Shown: positions 8,610 through 17,053 of the stretch, piece after piece | Numbering within the stretch: the stretch's first letter is position 1 | Layout of the letters: each line of letters opens with the position of its first letter | Virus record (IMG/VR): IMGVR_UViG_3300037586_000906 | Span: 1-25,518 of that record | Source: a virus | Taxonomy: Duplodnaviria; Caudoviricetes | Direction: 5' to 3' (one strand) | Length of the DNA stretch: 25,518 nucleotides | The notes under the pieces: model-generated | Seen by the model: only the letters and a program-made list of their open reading frames with translations | Told to the model about the DNA's origin: nothing | The model's database searches: none | Translations under genes and position numbers: made by a program

Positions 8610-10111
8610 CGAATGCCTCTCTCAGAGATATACATATCTACACCTTGGATGTGTTTCCATGTGCCGGTCGCTTTAAGTCTTACTCTAGCAAAGCGAGAAT
8701 GGATCCTAACATTGACTTCACCACTCGCATTTGCAGTAGCTGTCGTTGTCCATGTCGGAGATGCATCCTGTGACATACGGTGACCAACTTGAGCAATTGA
8801 TGTAGTCCCAGCACCTTCGATTAAAGGACGTAAATTAGTCACCTCAATGAGTCTTCCAGGACCAGCCCGCACCTCTGTCATATCGATAGTTGCATCAAGC
8901 GGTATACCAGAGAAAGTGTAAAGCCTATGGTTACGGTCAAACGCTGCCATGTCCATTGACCCACCTTTCCAGAGTTTCGAGTCTAGTGAATAAGGGAGAG
9001 CATCCAAGTCAGTTGATATAGAGTCTAACTCATCCAGTGTCTTACCGGGAGTAAGGTATGTGAATAGCGACTCGGCCTGTACTTCAGCTTCCGTCCAGCG
9101 ACCAGTTATCCAATGGAAAATAATGAGTTTATCCGGATGTGCTTCTTCAGTAGATGACTTTGATGGGTATGACCAAATAATGATCTTCCTGGCTGCATCC
9201 ACTGTTGCTGTAATTCTTTCAATGAAGTTAGTATCGAGGGTATTATAGAAGTGCCTGACAACCTTCTCTGAACCGAGAGACCTTGACTGACCACCTTCAA
9301 ATACATAGAAGTCATCCTCGCCAATGTAGTATATCTGGTGAGCGTAGCGGATAATGGAATTTGGTATACGAGTGCCTCGTCTGGTATCAACCTGGTCGAA
9401 ACGAAAGATTAGAGGAGGGCCAACATAAGTCATCAATGTAATAGCCCGCTCTTGAAAGATGACGCCTATCTCACCTTGACCGAAGGACTGTGCAACAATA
9501 CCTGTGATATACCCACCCTCAAACAACTCTTGTGAGTCACTCTGCGTCCTGACTGAAGCAGTCCAGTCATTAGCATTATTGAATGCTGACCATCTGACAG
9601 TCCTTGGTTTTGCAGTGCTATTTTCATGTATATTAGCGAATGCTACGAAGTCACGGATGGTGGCCACATACCTTGCTCTTGGAGGAGACCCTGCCATAAT
9701 GCCGAAAGTAGAGCCACTGAGGTCTAATTGCTGTGGAGTGTTATTGAAATTGGTTGCTATTAAGGTATCGCCCCATTCCGCAAACCTCCATAATTCTGGA
9801 GTAGCTGTGCCAGAGTATGCCCCGGCAGAGACAGAGACAATGTCCCATCCCGTTGCTGATATCTCATACAAGTCTTTAGCATCACCACAAAAAGTCCTGA
9901 CAGTATCAGCATTATCCCTGACCGATATTGCCCCACGGATATAGTCATCATTTGATGTGCCGGTCGCTACAGAAAAAGTAACAGATGCAGATAATGGACG
10001 ATAAGCGTTAGCAGCAGGTATACAGTTTTTAGCTGTAATAGCACCGGGGTTATTCAGTGGAGGTTGGTCAGGCATCCACTCCGCTACATTAACTTGCGTC
10101 CATTTAGGCAT
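8606..10111 (-). CDS. Tail nozzle/hub (P22 gp10/T7 gp12-like, beta-propeller)
   Basis: 501 aa, beta-rich with propeller-like motifs (VRWSAFNN..DW, GVIFQERAI); directly follows the adaptor. Confidence 0.75.
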   Translation of the reverse strand: MPKWTQVNVAEWMPDQPPLNNPGAITAKNCIPAANAYRPLSASVTFSVATGTSNDDYIRGAISVRDNADTVRTFCGDAKDLYEISATGWDIVSVSAGAYSGTATPELWRFAEWGDTLIATNFNNTPQQLDLSGSTFGIMAGSPPRARYVATIRDFVAFANIHENSTAKPRTVRWSAFNNANDWTASVRTQSDSQELFEGGYITGIVAQSFGQGEIGVIFQERAITLMTYVGPPLIFRFDQVDTRRGTRIPNSIIRYAHQIYYIGEDDFYVFEGGQSRSLGSEKVVRHFYNTLDTNFIERITATVDAARKIIIWSYPSKSSTEEAHPDKLIIFHWITGRWTEAEVQAESLFTYLTPGKTLDELDSISTDLDALPYSLDSKLWKGGSMDMAAFDRNHRLYTFSGIPLDATIDMTEVRAGPGRLIEVTNLRPLIEGAGTTSIAQVGHRMSQDASPTWTTTATANASGEVNVRIHSRFARVRLKATGTWKHIQGVDMYISERGIR

Positions 10112-10722
10112 TAATAATGCACCTCACTCCTGCCTCTGGATGTTTGGTTTTCGGCCCGCTCAGTTATCCGCAATTCTTCCTCATCAATTATCTCAGCGAA
10201 GGTTGCTGCTAACTCAAGGTCATGCAATGTCCGAAGTGCTACCGTCTTGGCAGCCTTAGCCCGAATAAGGTCAGGTGCTTCAACAGTCCAGACATTGGAT
10301 GCAGAGGCTGTCAGGTCGCCAGGAAGGGCTTTAACGTAGTAATAACGTACAAGATAATTACCATTAGGTTGGTACGCTATCCACATATTCCTGTCCCTTA
10401 AGACGTAATCTTGTGGATAACCAGTAACATTTTGACCCTCAAGCATGCGCTTGATATAGGGGAATGTCCTCTCGTTTACTTCTTGCCAGTTATCACCCGG
10501 CCATCGAGCTTCGACATAGTCCATCTTGCGAAAGTCAGACGCAAGGGCATAGACTGAAGTTGCTGAAGTTGTTGTGAAGGTAGCACTACCCTCATTAAAC
10601 CAATACCTTTTCTGATCGTAATGCCGAATAGCCATAGCCAATGCTGCAGAGCATTGGGCTGTCAGGTCGGTGCGGTTTATGTCATCAGCTACTTCATTTA
10701 CTAGCTGGGAGAAATTGGCCAC
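10111..10722 (-). CDS. Head-tail adaptor (P22 gp4/T7 gp11-like)
   Basis: 203 aa; GTG start with GAGG SD; helical N-terminus (FSQLVNEVADDINRTDL), central beta region, C-terminal APDLI helix; precedes the nozzle. Confidence 0.75.
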   Translation of the reverse strand: MANFSQLVNEVADDINRTDLTAQCSAALAMAIRHYDQKRYWFNEGSATFTTTSATSVYALASDFRKMDYVEARWPGDNWQEVNERTFPYIKRMLEGQNVTGYPQDYVLRDRNMWIAYQPNGNYLVRYYYVKALPGDLTASASNVWTVEAPDLIRAKAAKTVALRTLHDLELAATFAEIIDEEELRITERAENQTSRGRSEVHY

Positions 10723-10804
10723 GTTTATTCCTCTTTCTTACTCGAGGTTCCGCTTTCTTTTCTGGAGGTTTCTCCTCCACCCGAGGCGTTACTTCGGGGG
10801 CCAT
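10694..10804 (-). CDS. Small charged peptide, 36 aa (MAPEVTPRVEEKPPEKKAEPRVRKRNKRGQFLPASK)
   Basis: ATG at 10804 with AGGA just upstream; fills the gap after the stop at 10821; corresponds to the 3' part of track ORF 10694..10927. Confidence 0.45.
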   Translation of the reverse strand: MAPEVTPRVEEKPPEKKAEPRVRKRNKRGQFLPASK

Positions 10805-10820
10805 ATTCCTACGTCTGCCG

Positions 10821-11501
10821 TTAATTTGTGGCATGAATAGTCCTAGCATACATCTCCCGCCACTCTTCAGCAAATTCACAGTCTTTATATTCATCAAAGT
10901 ATGGCCCGCCAAGGGTATAATGTACAAGCTTTACCCCAGGATAGTCCTTCCTTTTGTACTCTCCTTCGAGGAAATTCCACTCCACTGGTAGTTCACCTAC
11001 ATCCTCATTCTCGCACCATTTGAATTGGTGGAGTTCCATACCTGTATATCCATCCACCTTATCAGGTGTCAGGTTACGGCATGCCATATGGTTGCCATTA
11101 AACAACATCACAGAAGACCAGTTTTTCCGGGCATATTGTGACTGTTTTTGGTTAAGGAATTTAGTTTCTGTGCATGGGGTATAGTCATGCTTAACCACCT
11201 GTACAGCTTTAGTGAATTGTCGATGGTCGTATAATTCCACGATATCACCCAGGACAAGCATGTCGCAGTCCATAAAGATGCTCCAGTCTCTGCCACCAAG
11301 GTGTGGGGTTAGAAACCGGGACATGGAAAACTCAGTTGACTGAGCAGGGTGTCGCTCTTTGTTGTATATCAACTGTAAGTTTTGCAGGTTAATAGGAGTA
11401 ATGGACACAGGCTCAGATGCATGATGCATAATTGAATGCGCCAGTACATGATAGGCTATTGCCTCGTTTGGATCAAAACCGATGAAAATATTAATTGTCA
11501 T
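10821..11501 (-). CDS. GT-A fold glycosyltransferase (GT8-related, Cdi-like)
   Basis: IFIGFD, STEFSMSRF, DxD motif FMDCDM, RKNWSSVMLFN, EWNFL and VHYTLGGP motifs; likely start at 11501 (ATGA overlap, GGAG SD). Confidence 0.85.
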   Translation of the reverse strand: MTINIFIGFDPNEAIAYHVLAHSIMHHASEPVSITPINLQNLQLIYNKERHPAQSTEFSMSRFLTPHLGGRDWSIFMDCDMLVLGDIVELYDHRQFTKAVQVVKHDYTPCTETKFLNQKQSQYARKNWSSVMLFNGNHMACRNLTPDKVDGYTGMELHQFKWCENEDVGELPVEWNFLEGEYKRKDYPGVKLVHYTLGGPYFDEYKDCEFAEEWREMYARTIHATN

Positions 11502-12019
11502 ATGCACTCCATGTAGACTTCTTTATTGCCTACCGGGTTCTCGTAATGAATGATGTGAAAATAAACGTCTAGCATCTTTAACCAGTAGGGACCATCAGCT
11601 ACATTTAGATGGGCGTTTCTCCCGTCCGGCAAAATTTTCTTGGAAGGTCTAGTTGCTATATCCAGAAACAGACACTTCTTTGTTAATGCACGGAGGTCTG
11701 CCAAAACCTCATGCAAGCAGTCCAACTCAACGTGTTCCAATACATCAATGCAGACAACAATGTCTGCTGGATTTCTTTCGCTGAAAGCATCGAGAGCAGG
11801 GTCGTAGTCACATATTTGTGTACCATTAAGCCGATCCCTTCTACTTAACTCCTTATGTAATGATGCCTTCCCGCACCCGTAGTCAAGGATAGACTTAGCC
11901 CCATATTTGCGGGCTAGTTTCTCAACCATGGGAGCATTCTTCCAGGCGTTATTACCAAACACCTCTGACTCGTGATGCAATTCACTGTTTAGTTGACGAT
12001 ATGGCTCTGTTATCAACAT
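11498..12019 (-). CDS. Class I SAM-dependent methyltransferase
   Basis: ILDYGCG motif I; DIVVCIDVLEHV; GRNAHL. Confidence 0.88.
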   Translation of the reverse strand: MLITEPYRQLNSELHHESEVFGNNAWKNAPMVEKLARKYGAKSILDYGCGKASLHKELSRRDRLNGTQICDYDPALDAFSERNPADIVVCIDVLEHVELDCLHEVLADLRALTKKCLFLDIATRPSKKILPDGRNAHLNVADGPYWLKMLDVYFHIIHYENPVGNKEVYMECI

Positions 12020-13296
12020 CTCAATACTGCCATCTGGACAAGACCTCCACCTGGGACTGGGTCTGCCACGGGTAGAATTGCAAACTCTTCATCCTTTAGC
12101 ACTGCCTGCGCTCCATATTTCTCTAACTCTTCGTCAGGCATGTCGGTGTAATAGTCATCCATAATGATGACACCACCTTTCTTGACTATCTGTTTGGCGT
12201 ATTTCAAGTCAGACTCGATAGTCTCTATAGAGTGTCCACCGTCAACAAAGACGATATCGGCATCCTGACTTCCACTAGCATACTTTGGTAGGGTTTCCTT
12301 AGTATCTCCTTTGTACAGGGTTGCATGCATCCCGACATCTTTGAGTTTCTTCTCAACCTCATTTACCTCATAGTGCGCCTTCACATTCTTTTCAATCTCA
12401 TCTGTCTCATCGGTCGCACCTTCAAAGAGATCGAAACCAACATACTTCGTATCAGGACTAACGGCATGTATCTCTAATGCTCTGTCACCATTCCATGTGC
12501 CTATCTCGACAAAGCGACTGGGTTGTGTTTCTTTCACTATTTCAAGCAATTGATAATATCGGTTTTTGTTATGCTCTTCTTTTAGCCTGCCTTTCATATG
12601 GTGAGCATAACCCCGGAAGACATCATCGAAGACGTTATACGGACCTTCACCGTCAATACCTTTGGCTATATCATTCACTCCTTCCATGTTGTAAATGCAT
12701 GTCTGTAGGACATAAGTGTCCTGCCACTCAGGTAAGGTTAAGACATTTCCAGTCATGTAGGTATGGTAGTAATGGTTAAACCAGTCGTTGGAGAATGCAT
12801 GAGCGCAGTCCCATCCTACAAAGGAAGAGCATAGCGTTCCCCAAGAGGGTCTCATCATCACAGAGATGAAATGACCCAGCATCATGTTTTCCAGTAATGA
12901 GCCCGGGATATGTTTACCAGTGATAATATCGGCATCCAACCAGAAGAGATAACCCTTATGGTCACAGGCTGCATCGCACTGTGCTAATGCCTTTTTAGCA
13001 AATGTAGCAATGTTACGGCGATAGTCCTTGTGTGCGCTCTGGACTGTTATTACTTCGCCACGCAAGATAGGTAATGCTGATAAGGTATCAAGGTACTTCT
13101 TTGCTCCTTCTACCTTGTAGAGGTCACATACGACCACCCGTTTAGGCAAGTCGGTCATCTCTTTGAAGGTATCAAAGTCCTCTGTGTATAACCAGATATC
13201 ACCTTCCGGCCAGTATTTATCAAAGGTCTCCAGCATCTCCTGACCGTAGTCATTGAAGATATCAAGAGACATGGCTGTTACATATTTAAACAACAT
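12013..13296 (-). CDS. Fusion of a GT-A glycosyltransferase domain and a class I SAM methyltransferase (Methyltransf_24-like)
   Basis: N-terminal half has LFWLDADI (DxD) and EWQD; C-terminal half has FVEIGT, GFDLF, FVDGGHS and IIMDDY. Confidence 0.82.
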   Translation of the reverse strand: MLFKYVTAMSLDIFNDYGQEMLETFDKYWPEGDIWLYTEDFDTFKEMTDLPKRVVVCDLYKVEGAKKYLDTLSALPILRGEVITVQSAHKDYRRNIATFAKKALAQCDAACDHKGYLFWLDADIITGKHIPGSLLENMMLGHFISVMMRPSWGTLCSSFVGWDCAHAFSNDWFNHYYHTYMTGNVLTLPEWQDTYVLQTCIYNMEGVNDIAKGIDGEGPYNVFDDVFRGYAHHMKGRLKEEHNKNRYYQLLEIVKETQPSRFVEIGTWNGDRALEIHAVSPDTKYVGFDLFEGATDETDEIEKNVKAHYEVNEVEKKLKDVGMHATLYKGDTKETLPKYASGSQDADIVFVDGGHSIETIESDLKYAKQIVKKGGVIIMDDYYTDMPDEELEKYGAQAVLKDEEFAILPVADPVPGGGLVQMAVLRC

Positions 13297-13958
13297 AGGT
13301 TCCCCTCCTCATTTTCAACCTGGTAACCAAAGCCTTCAGCAACGTCACTGAGCATCCTATTCTCTGCTTCCCAGTTATGGTCAGGGTACTTACTCCATGA
13401 TGGTCCCCGTGTAATGCTCCAGTCAAATTCACCTGAAGCGATATTGTCGAAACCAAGCAAGTCTAGTTTGTCAGGTTTCAGGTAATGCAAGGCGTATATA
13501 ATTGCAAACATTCCAGCAGAGCAATGCAGGTGTCCATGCTTGTCACTTAAGACCACTCCTTCTCCAGATACCTTGGCCTCCTGCCTTGGATCCATTCCTG
13601 CGCCATTGCGAAGACCTCTATAGTGGTTGACCCACTTTTCACAGAGACCTTTGTCAATGACACACAATTTTGGATAGTATGCTCCTTGTATGCATTTGAT
13701 CTCATGGTCTGTCACTTCCATTGTGCGGGTATCAACAAACAGCCAATAGCGGCCTGGTATCTCATCCCATTCCATGAGCATATCTTGCCAGAGGACAAGT
13801 GAGCCCATTACGATATCTGTCTTTGTCCCGAAGATGTGTGGTCTGCTTAGAAGACTCTTTGTCCGTTTAAGTCTGATAACGACATCGTATTCATCTATCT
13901 CCTTGCCTCGCCCTTCATTTAGGATCGAGGGGCCATGCCCTACGATAACGACATTCAT
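13278..13958 (-). CDS. GT29 sialyltransferase-like glycosyltransferase
   Basis: Sialylmotif L-like VVIVGHGPSILNEGRGKEIDEYDVVIRL..FGTKT; motif S-like CSAGMFAIIYALH..LDLLGFD; motif VS-like HNWEAE (HxxxxE). Confidence 0.78.
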   Translation of the reverse strand: MNVVIVGHGPSILNEGRGKEIDEYDVVIRLKRTKSLLSRPHIFGTKTDIVMGSLVLWQDMLMEWDEIPGRYWLFVDTRTMEVTDHEIKCIQGAYYPKLCVIDKGLCEKWVNHYRGLRNGAGMDPRQEAKVSGEGVVLSDKHGHLHCSAGMFAIIYALHYLKPDKLDLLGFDNIASGEFDWSITRGPSWSKYPDHNWEAENRMLSDVAEGFGYQVENEEGNLCCLNM

Positions 13959-15415
13959 TTCACTTCCTTTAGTGCTGGTCTGATGGCTGATGGTAAAAAC
14001 GTGATGTCCTTGTAATACATGTATAGATAAGCCTGAAAGTCCACTATTACCTGTTGAATTACTGTATCCCAGTCATTATCTGTTGACTGGTGGAATTGTT
14101 TCATATGGTCTCCATACCAAGGAAAAGTGGGGCCGGAGGGGTAACGCCACGCCCGCCGGGTGGGAACCATAACCCAACAAGGTAACCCTGCGGCCCCACA
14201 GGTGTGTATGACCGTATTGCACCCTGATATAGTCAGGTCAGCGGCGGCGAGTGCTGCTAACGTATGGTCATATTCTGTTTCCTGGGCAGCATCCAAATGA
14301 TGCAAAGGTAGTCCAGTGTCCTCTCTGAAACGCTCTACCTTATCTTTTGCCCAAGGGTGATATTGCATTGAAAACCAAGTGCCGTCTTGGCCAATTAACT
14401 CTTTAAACCAATTCAGTTTCAATGTCCGATATTTGGTATTGGTCTTCGGTGCGCCTCCTGCCCATGACAGGCAGACATACGGACCCGGACCTTTTGCTTC
14501 CATTTCAGCCCGGTACTTCTTGACTAATTCTGGATCTGGTTTGATATACGGTGTCCTGTCAAACTCTCCATCTTTCCAATAAAGTGCAGCCAGAGACATG
14601 ACAGCTATCTTGTAGTCAATTTTGAAGTCTTCTGGCCATGTGACCTTCTCCTTCTTTGCGGTCGGGAAGATATGCTCTATCCATGGGAAAGACCGTCTGT
14701 ACATGGCTTCAAGCCTCGGATGGCATTCAAGTACAACATTAACTCCATCGAGACCTTCAAGTCTTCTAAGCATATTGGCTGCAAGTAGTCTGTCTCCCAG
14801 TCCTTGCTCATCCCATAGTGCAACTGTACCTTTAGACTTTCCATCCCACCAGGGTGGGTCTGGGTCGAATACCCGGTACTTCCGCTCGTTACAGAAGAAG
14901 CCGGAGTCGTATAATTCAAAACCATGCTCCCAGTCTTGTTTCTCTAAGCATAATAGTCCTCCATTCCACTTCGGTTTAGGGTGGGCTGGATCCATCATGA
15001 TAGCTTTGTCAGCCCACTGCATCCCCTCTTCAGGGTTATTCTCGTTAATAAAGCATGCAGCCATATTGTTGTAGGTCTCTGCTTTCTCCTCGCCCATCAT
15101 GGACTTCATGAAACAGTCCTTAGCCTGCTCCAGCATATGCATTGTGCGATAACATACGCCAAGGTTAGACCAGAGGTTAGGATGTGCTGGCCAATAGGAT
15201 AGAGAGCGTTTGAAGAATTGCAGGGCTACGCCTGGCTGGGATATCTGAAGATAAGCAGTGCCTATCTGAAAGAGTATTTCGGGGTCTTCCGGGGCTTCAT
15301 TTAAGACATTAATGTAGCCATCAATACACTCCATGATAGCTTGGACATCTTGCTTTTCTTCAAAGTTAAGCTGAATTTCCTTCAGCCTGTCAACGATATT
15401 TGTGACTAATTCCAT
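13955..15415 (-). CDS. TPR-repeat protein fused to a GT-B (GT9-like) glycosyltransferase
   Basis: N-terminal TPRs (ILFQIGTAY, LWSNLGVCY, TYNNMAAC); C-terminal DEQGLGD, CLSWAGG, SMQY, ADLTISGCNTVIHTCGAAGLPCWV and WRY..PWY. Confidence 0.85.
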   Translation of the reverse strand: MELVTNIVDRLKEIQLNFEEKQDVQAIMECIDGYINVLNEAPEDPEILFQIGTAYLQISQPGVALQFFKRSLSYWPAHPNLWSNLGVCYRTMHMLEQAKDCFMKSMMGEEKAETYNNMAACFINENNPEEGMQWADKAIMMDPAHPKPKWNGGLLCLEKQDWEHGFELYDSGFFCNERKYRVFDPDPPWWDGKSKGTVALWDEQGLGDRLLAANMLRRLEGLDGVNVVLECHPRLEAMYRRSFPWIEHIFPTAKKEKVTWPEDFKIDYKIAVMSLAALYWKDGEFDRTPYIKPDPELVKKYRAEMEAKGPGPYVCLSWAGGAPKTNTKYRTLKLNWFKELIGQDGTWFSMQYHPWAKDKVERFREDTGLPLHHLDAAQETEYDHTLAALAAADLTISGCNTVIHTCGAAGLPCWVMVPTRRAWRYPSGPTFPWYGDHMKQFHQSTDNDWDTVIQQVIVDFQAYLYMYYKDITFLPSAIRPALKEVK

Positions 15416-15427
15416 AGCGGCTCCTCT

Positions 15428-15469
15428 TTAATTAAAAGGCATACCAGCAGCGTTAATGCCGGTATGCCT
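15428..15469 (-). terminator. Intrinsic terminator after the capsid/decoration genes
   Basis: Minus strand AGGCATACCGGCA-TTAACGC-TGCTGGTATGCCT (13-bp stem with one G-U pair) followed by TTTAATT. Confidence 0.7.
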
Positions 15470-15492
15470 CGGGTTAAGGTCAAATAACCAAG

Positions 15493-15936
15493 TTACCCAC
15501 CACGCTTATGCTTCAGGTATTCAACAATAACAACAACATCACAAGATGCCGTGCCTGTGCCCACATTTGATGTGAATGACAGAAACATATTTGCCGAAGC
15601 AGTGATACGTTTACCAAAGTCTTTACCGATGTTAGAAACAACATTAGTGCCGACAGTGGACGATTGAATAAACTGGAAAACACCAGCGGAAGGGATGGTT
15701 AGACCACCAATTGTTGCGAAGACAGATACATGCTCTCCACCAGTACCATAACCATCGTTGGACATGTACATATTCACGCCAACCACTTCTGCGCCAGCAG
15801 GAAGTGCGGTCAAAGCAACAGTTTGTGAGCCAGAAGCAGTACCAGCAATACCAAACTTACATATCTGGGCGTTTAACCCAGCATGAATGGCAGGCGCAGG
15901 ACCGGAGGTCATCGCATCAGCAGTTAGATGTGTCAT
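15493..15936 (-). CDS. Probable capsid decoration/cement protein
   Basis: 147 aa, beta-rich (LPAGAEVV, VVVIVEY); lies between MCP and a terminator; GAGGAG SD. Confidence 0.65.
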   Translation of the reverse strand: MTHLTADAMTSGPAPAIHAGLNAQICKFGIAGTASGSQTVALTALPAGAEVVGVNMYMSNDGYGTGGEHVSVFATIGGLTIPSAGVFQFIQSSTVGTNVVSNIGKDFGKRITASANMFLSFTSNVGTGTASCDVVVIVEYLKHKRGG

Positions 15937-15948
15937 ATGATTCTCCTC

Positions 15949-17040
15949 TTATCGTTGCGCAGCGGCTGTTGCGGCTGCCGAATGCGCCGTTGAAACGGCT
16001 ATAGTCGCAAAGTCTCTACTGTTGTAAATGGACTTCTTCAGTCCGGCAATACAGCCACTCGATACACCGAGTTGGTTGCCGTAATCAAAAAGTTCTTCTG
16101 TCCAGGACATTCGGTTTTTACTGTACCCTCTACCAAAAGCCAAACAAGCTGTCTGGGCTCCGCAGAATATCGCACGGTTACCGGTGTTTGCACCAGTACC
16201 TGTGGTTATCAACGGAAGACGGAAGGTCTCATGCAAAATAGTGCCGTTATAGACACCTAAAGCACCCGAGAAAATTGGGTTCTTATTTACATCGCCTCCA
16301 CCGGCCAACACCTGTTTCTGAATGTCTTGCCACTCGGCAGTAGCTGTTGACCGTCTAAGGTCAAAGTGCTGCTCAGGTGAGAGAAACATTACAAATTGAT
16401 GTTTACCAGGTTCTTGCTGGTTGTTTAAGGGACGAATTACTGGGGTTAATGTTCGTGCTGCAAGCACTGCTTCATCAATTAATGACAGCGTAAACGTCTG
16501 TGACGCATTGGCTGACAGGTTAGATTCTGCGGTTGCGACTCCAGCCATAATTCTATGGGCTGAGTCAGGGCTTGTAGCTGCCTGGTTACCGGTAAAGCGT
16601 GTGTCAGACTGAGCGGCATTGCCAGATATCTGGTTAAAAAACCAAGTATCAAAGCGGTCTGCCCACCAGTCTTGTAGACCCATGCGGGCCTCTTCACGGA
16701 CGGAGAACGGTACACGTTGTTCAGACATCTTACCGCCAGAACGCACAGCGTGGCGCAATTGGTCGATGTTGATATTGTCTGTGTGTGTTACCAAAGCTTC
16801 CTCATTGCCTTCCAGAGTATTATCACCCTGTTGGCCAGCACCAGTTAATTGCATGCGGAGGATACTTCTAATACGATCACCTTCATTCTTACTCAAGTCA
16901 TCTTTAATCTGACAAAGAGAGTTAGAATCAGTACCACAAAAACGACCAGTAAAAGCCATTTTAAGGGCTTCATGCATGGTCTTTCTTGACCAGAGTTTGA
17001 CAGCTTCAGCATCGTTTACACCATATTCGGTGTTTGCCAT
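15949..17040 (-). CDS. Major capsid protein, N4-gp56/DUF4043-like
   Basis: 363 aa; DLSKNEGDRI, LEGNEEAL, IDQLRHAV, NPIFSGALGVYNGTILHE and EELFDYGN motifs; AGGAG SD; follows the scaffold gene. Confidence 0.93.
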   Translation of the reverse strand: MANTEYGVNDAEAVKLWSRKTMHEALKMAFTGRFCGTDSNSLCQIKDDLSKNEGDRIRSILRMQLTGAGQQGDNTLEGNEEALVTHTDNINIDQLRHAVRSGGKMSEQRVPFSVREEARMGLQDWWADRFDTWFFNQISGNAAQSDTRFTGNQAATSPDSAHRIMAGVATAESNLSANASQTFTLSLIDEAVLAARTLTPVIRPLNNQQEPGKHQFVMFLSPEQHFDLRRSTATAEWQDIQKQVLAGGGDVNKNPIFSGALGVYNGTILHETFRLPLITTGTGANTGNRAIFCGAQTACLAFGRGYSKNRMSWTEELFDYGNQLGVSSGCIAGLKKSIYNSRDFATIAVSTAHSAAATAAAQR

Positions 17041-17053
17041 GCGATAACTCCTA

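Noticed and set aside
10821-15415. GT cassette as an O-antigen conversion or DNA-hypermodification locus
   Set aside because: No flippase or membrane GT, no base-hydroxymethylase or replication genes nearby, and it is embedded in late structural genes. Disfavoured rather than excluded.
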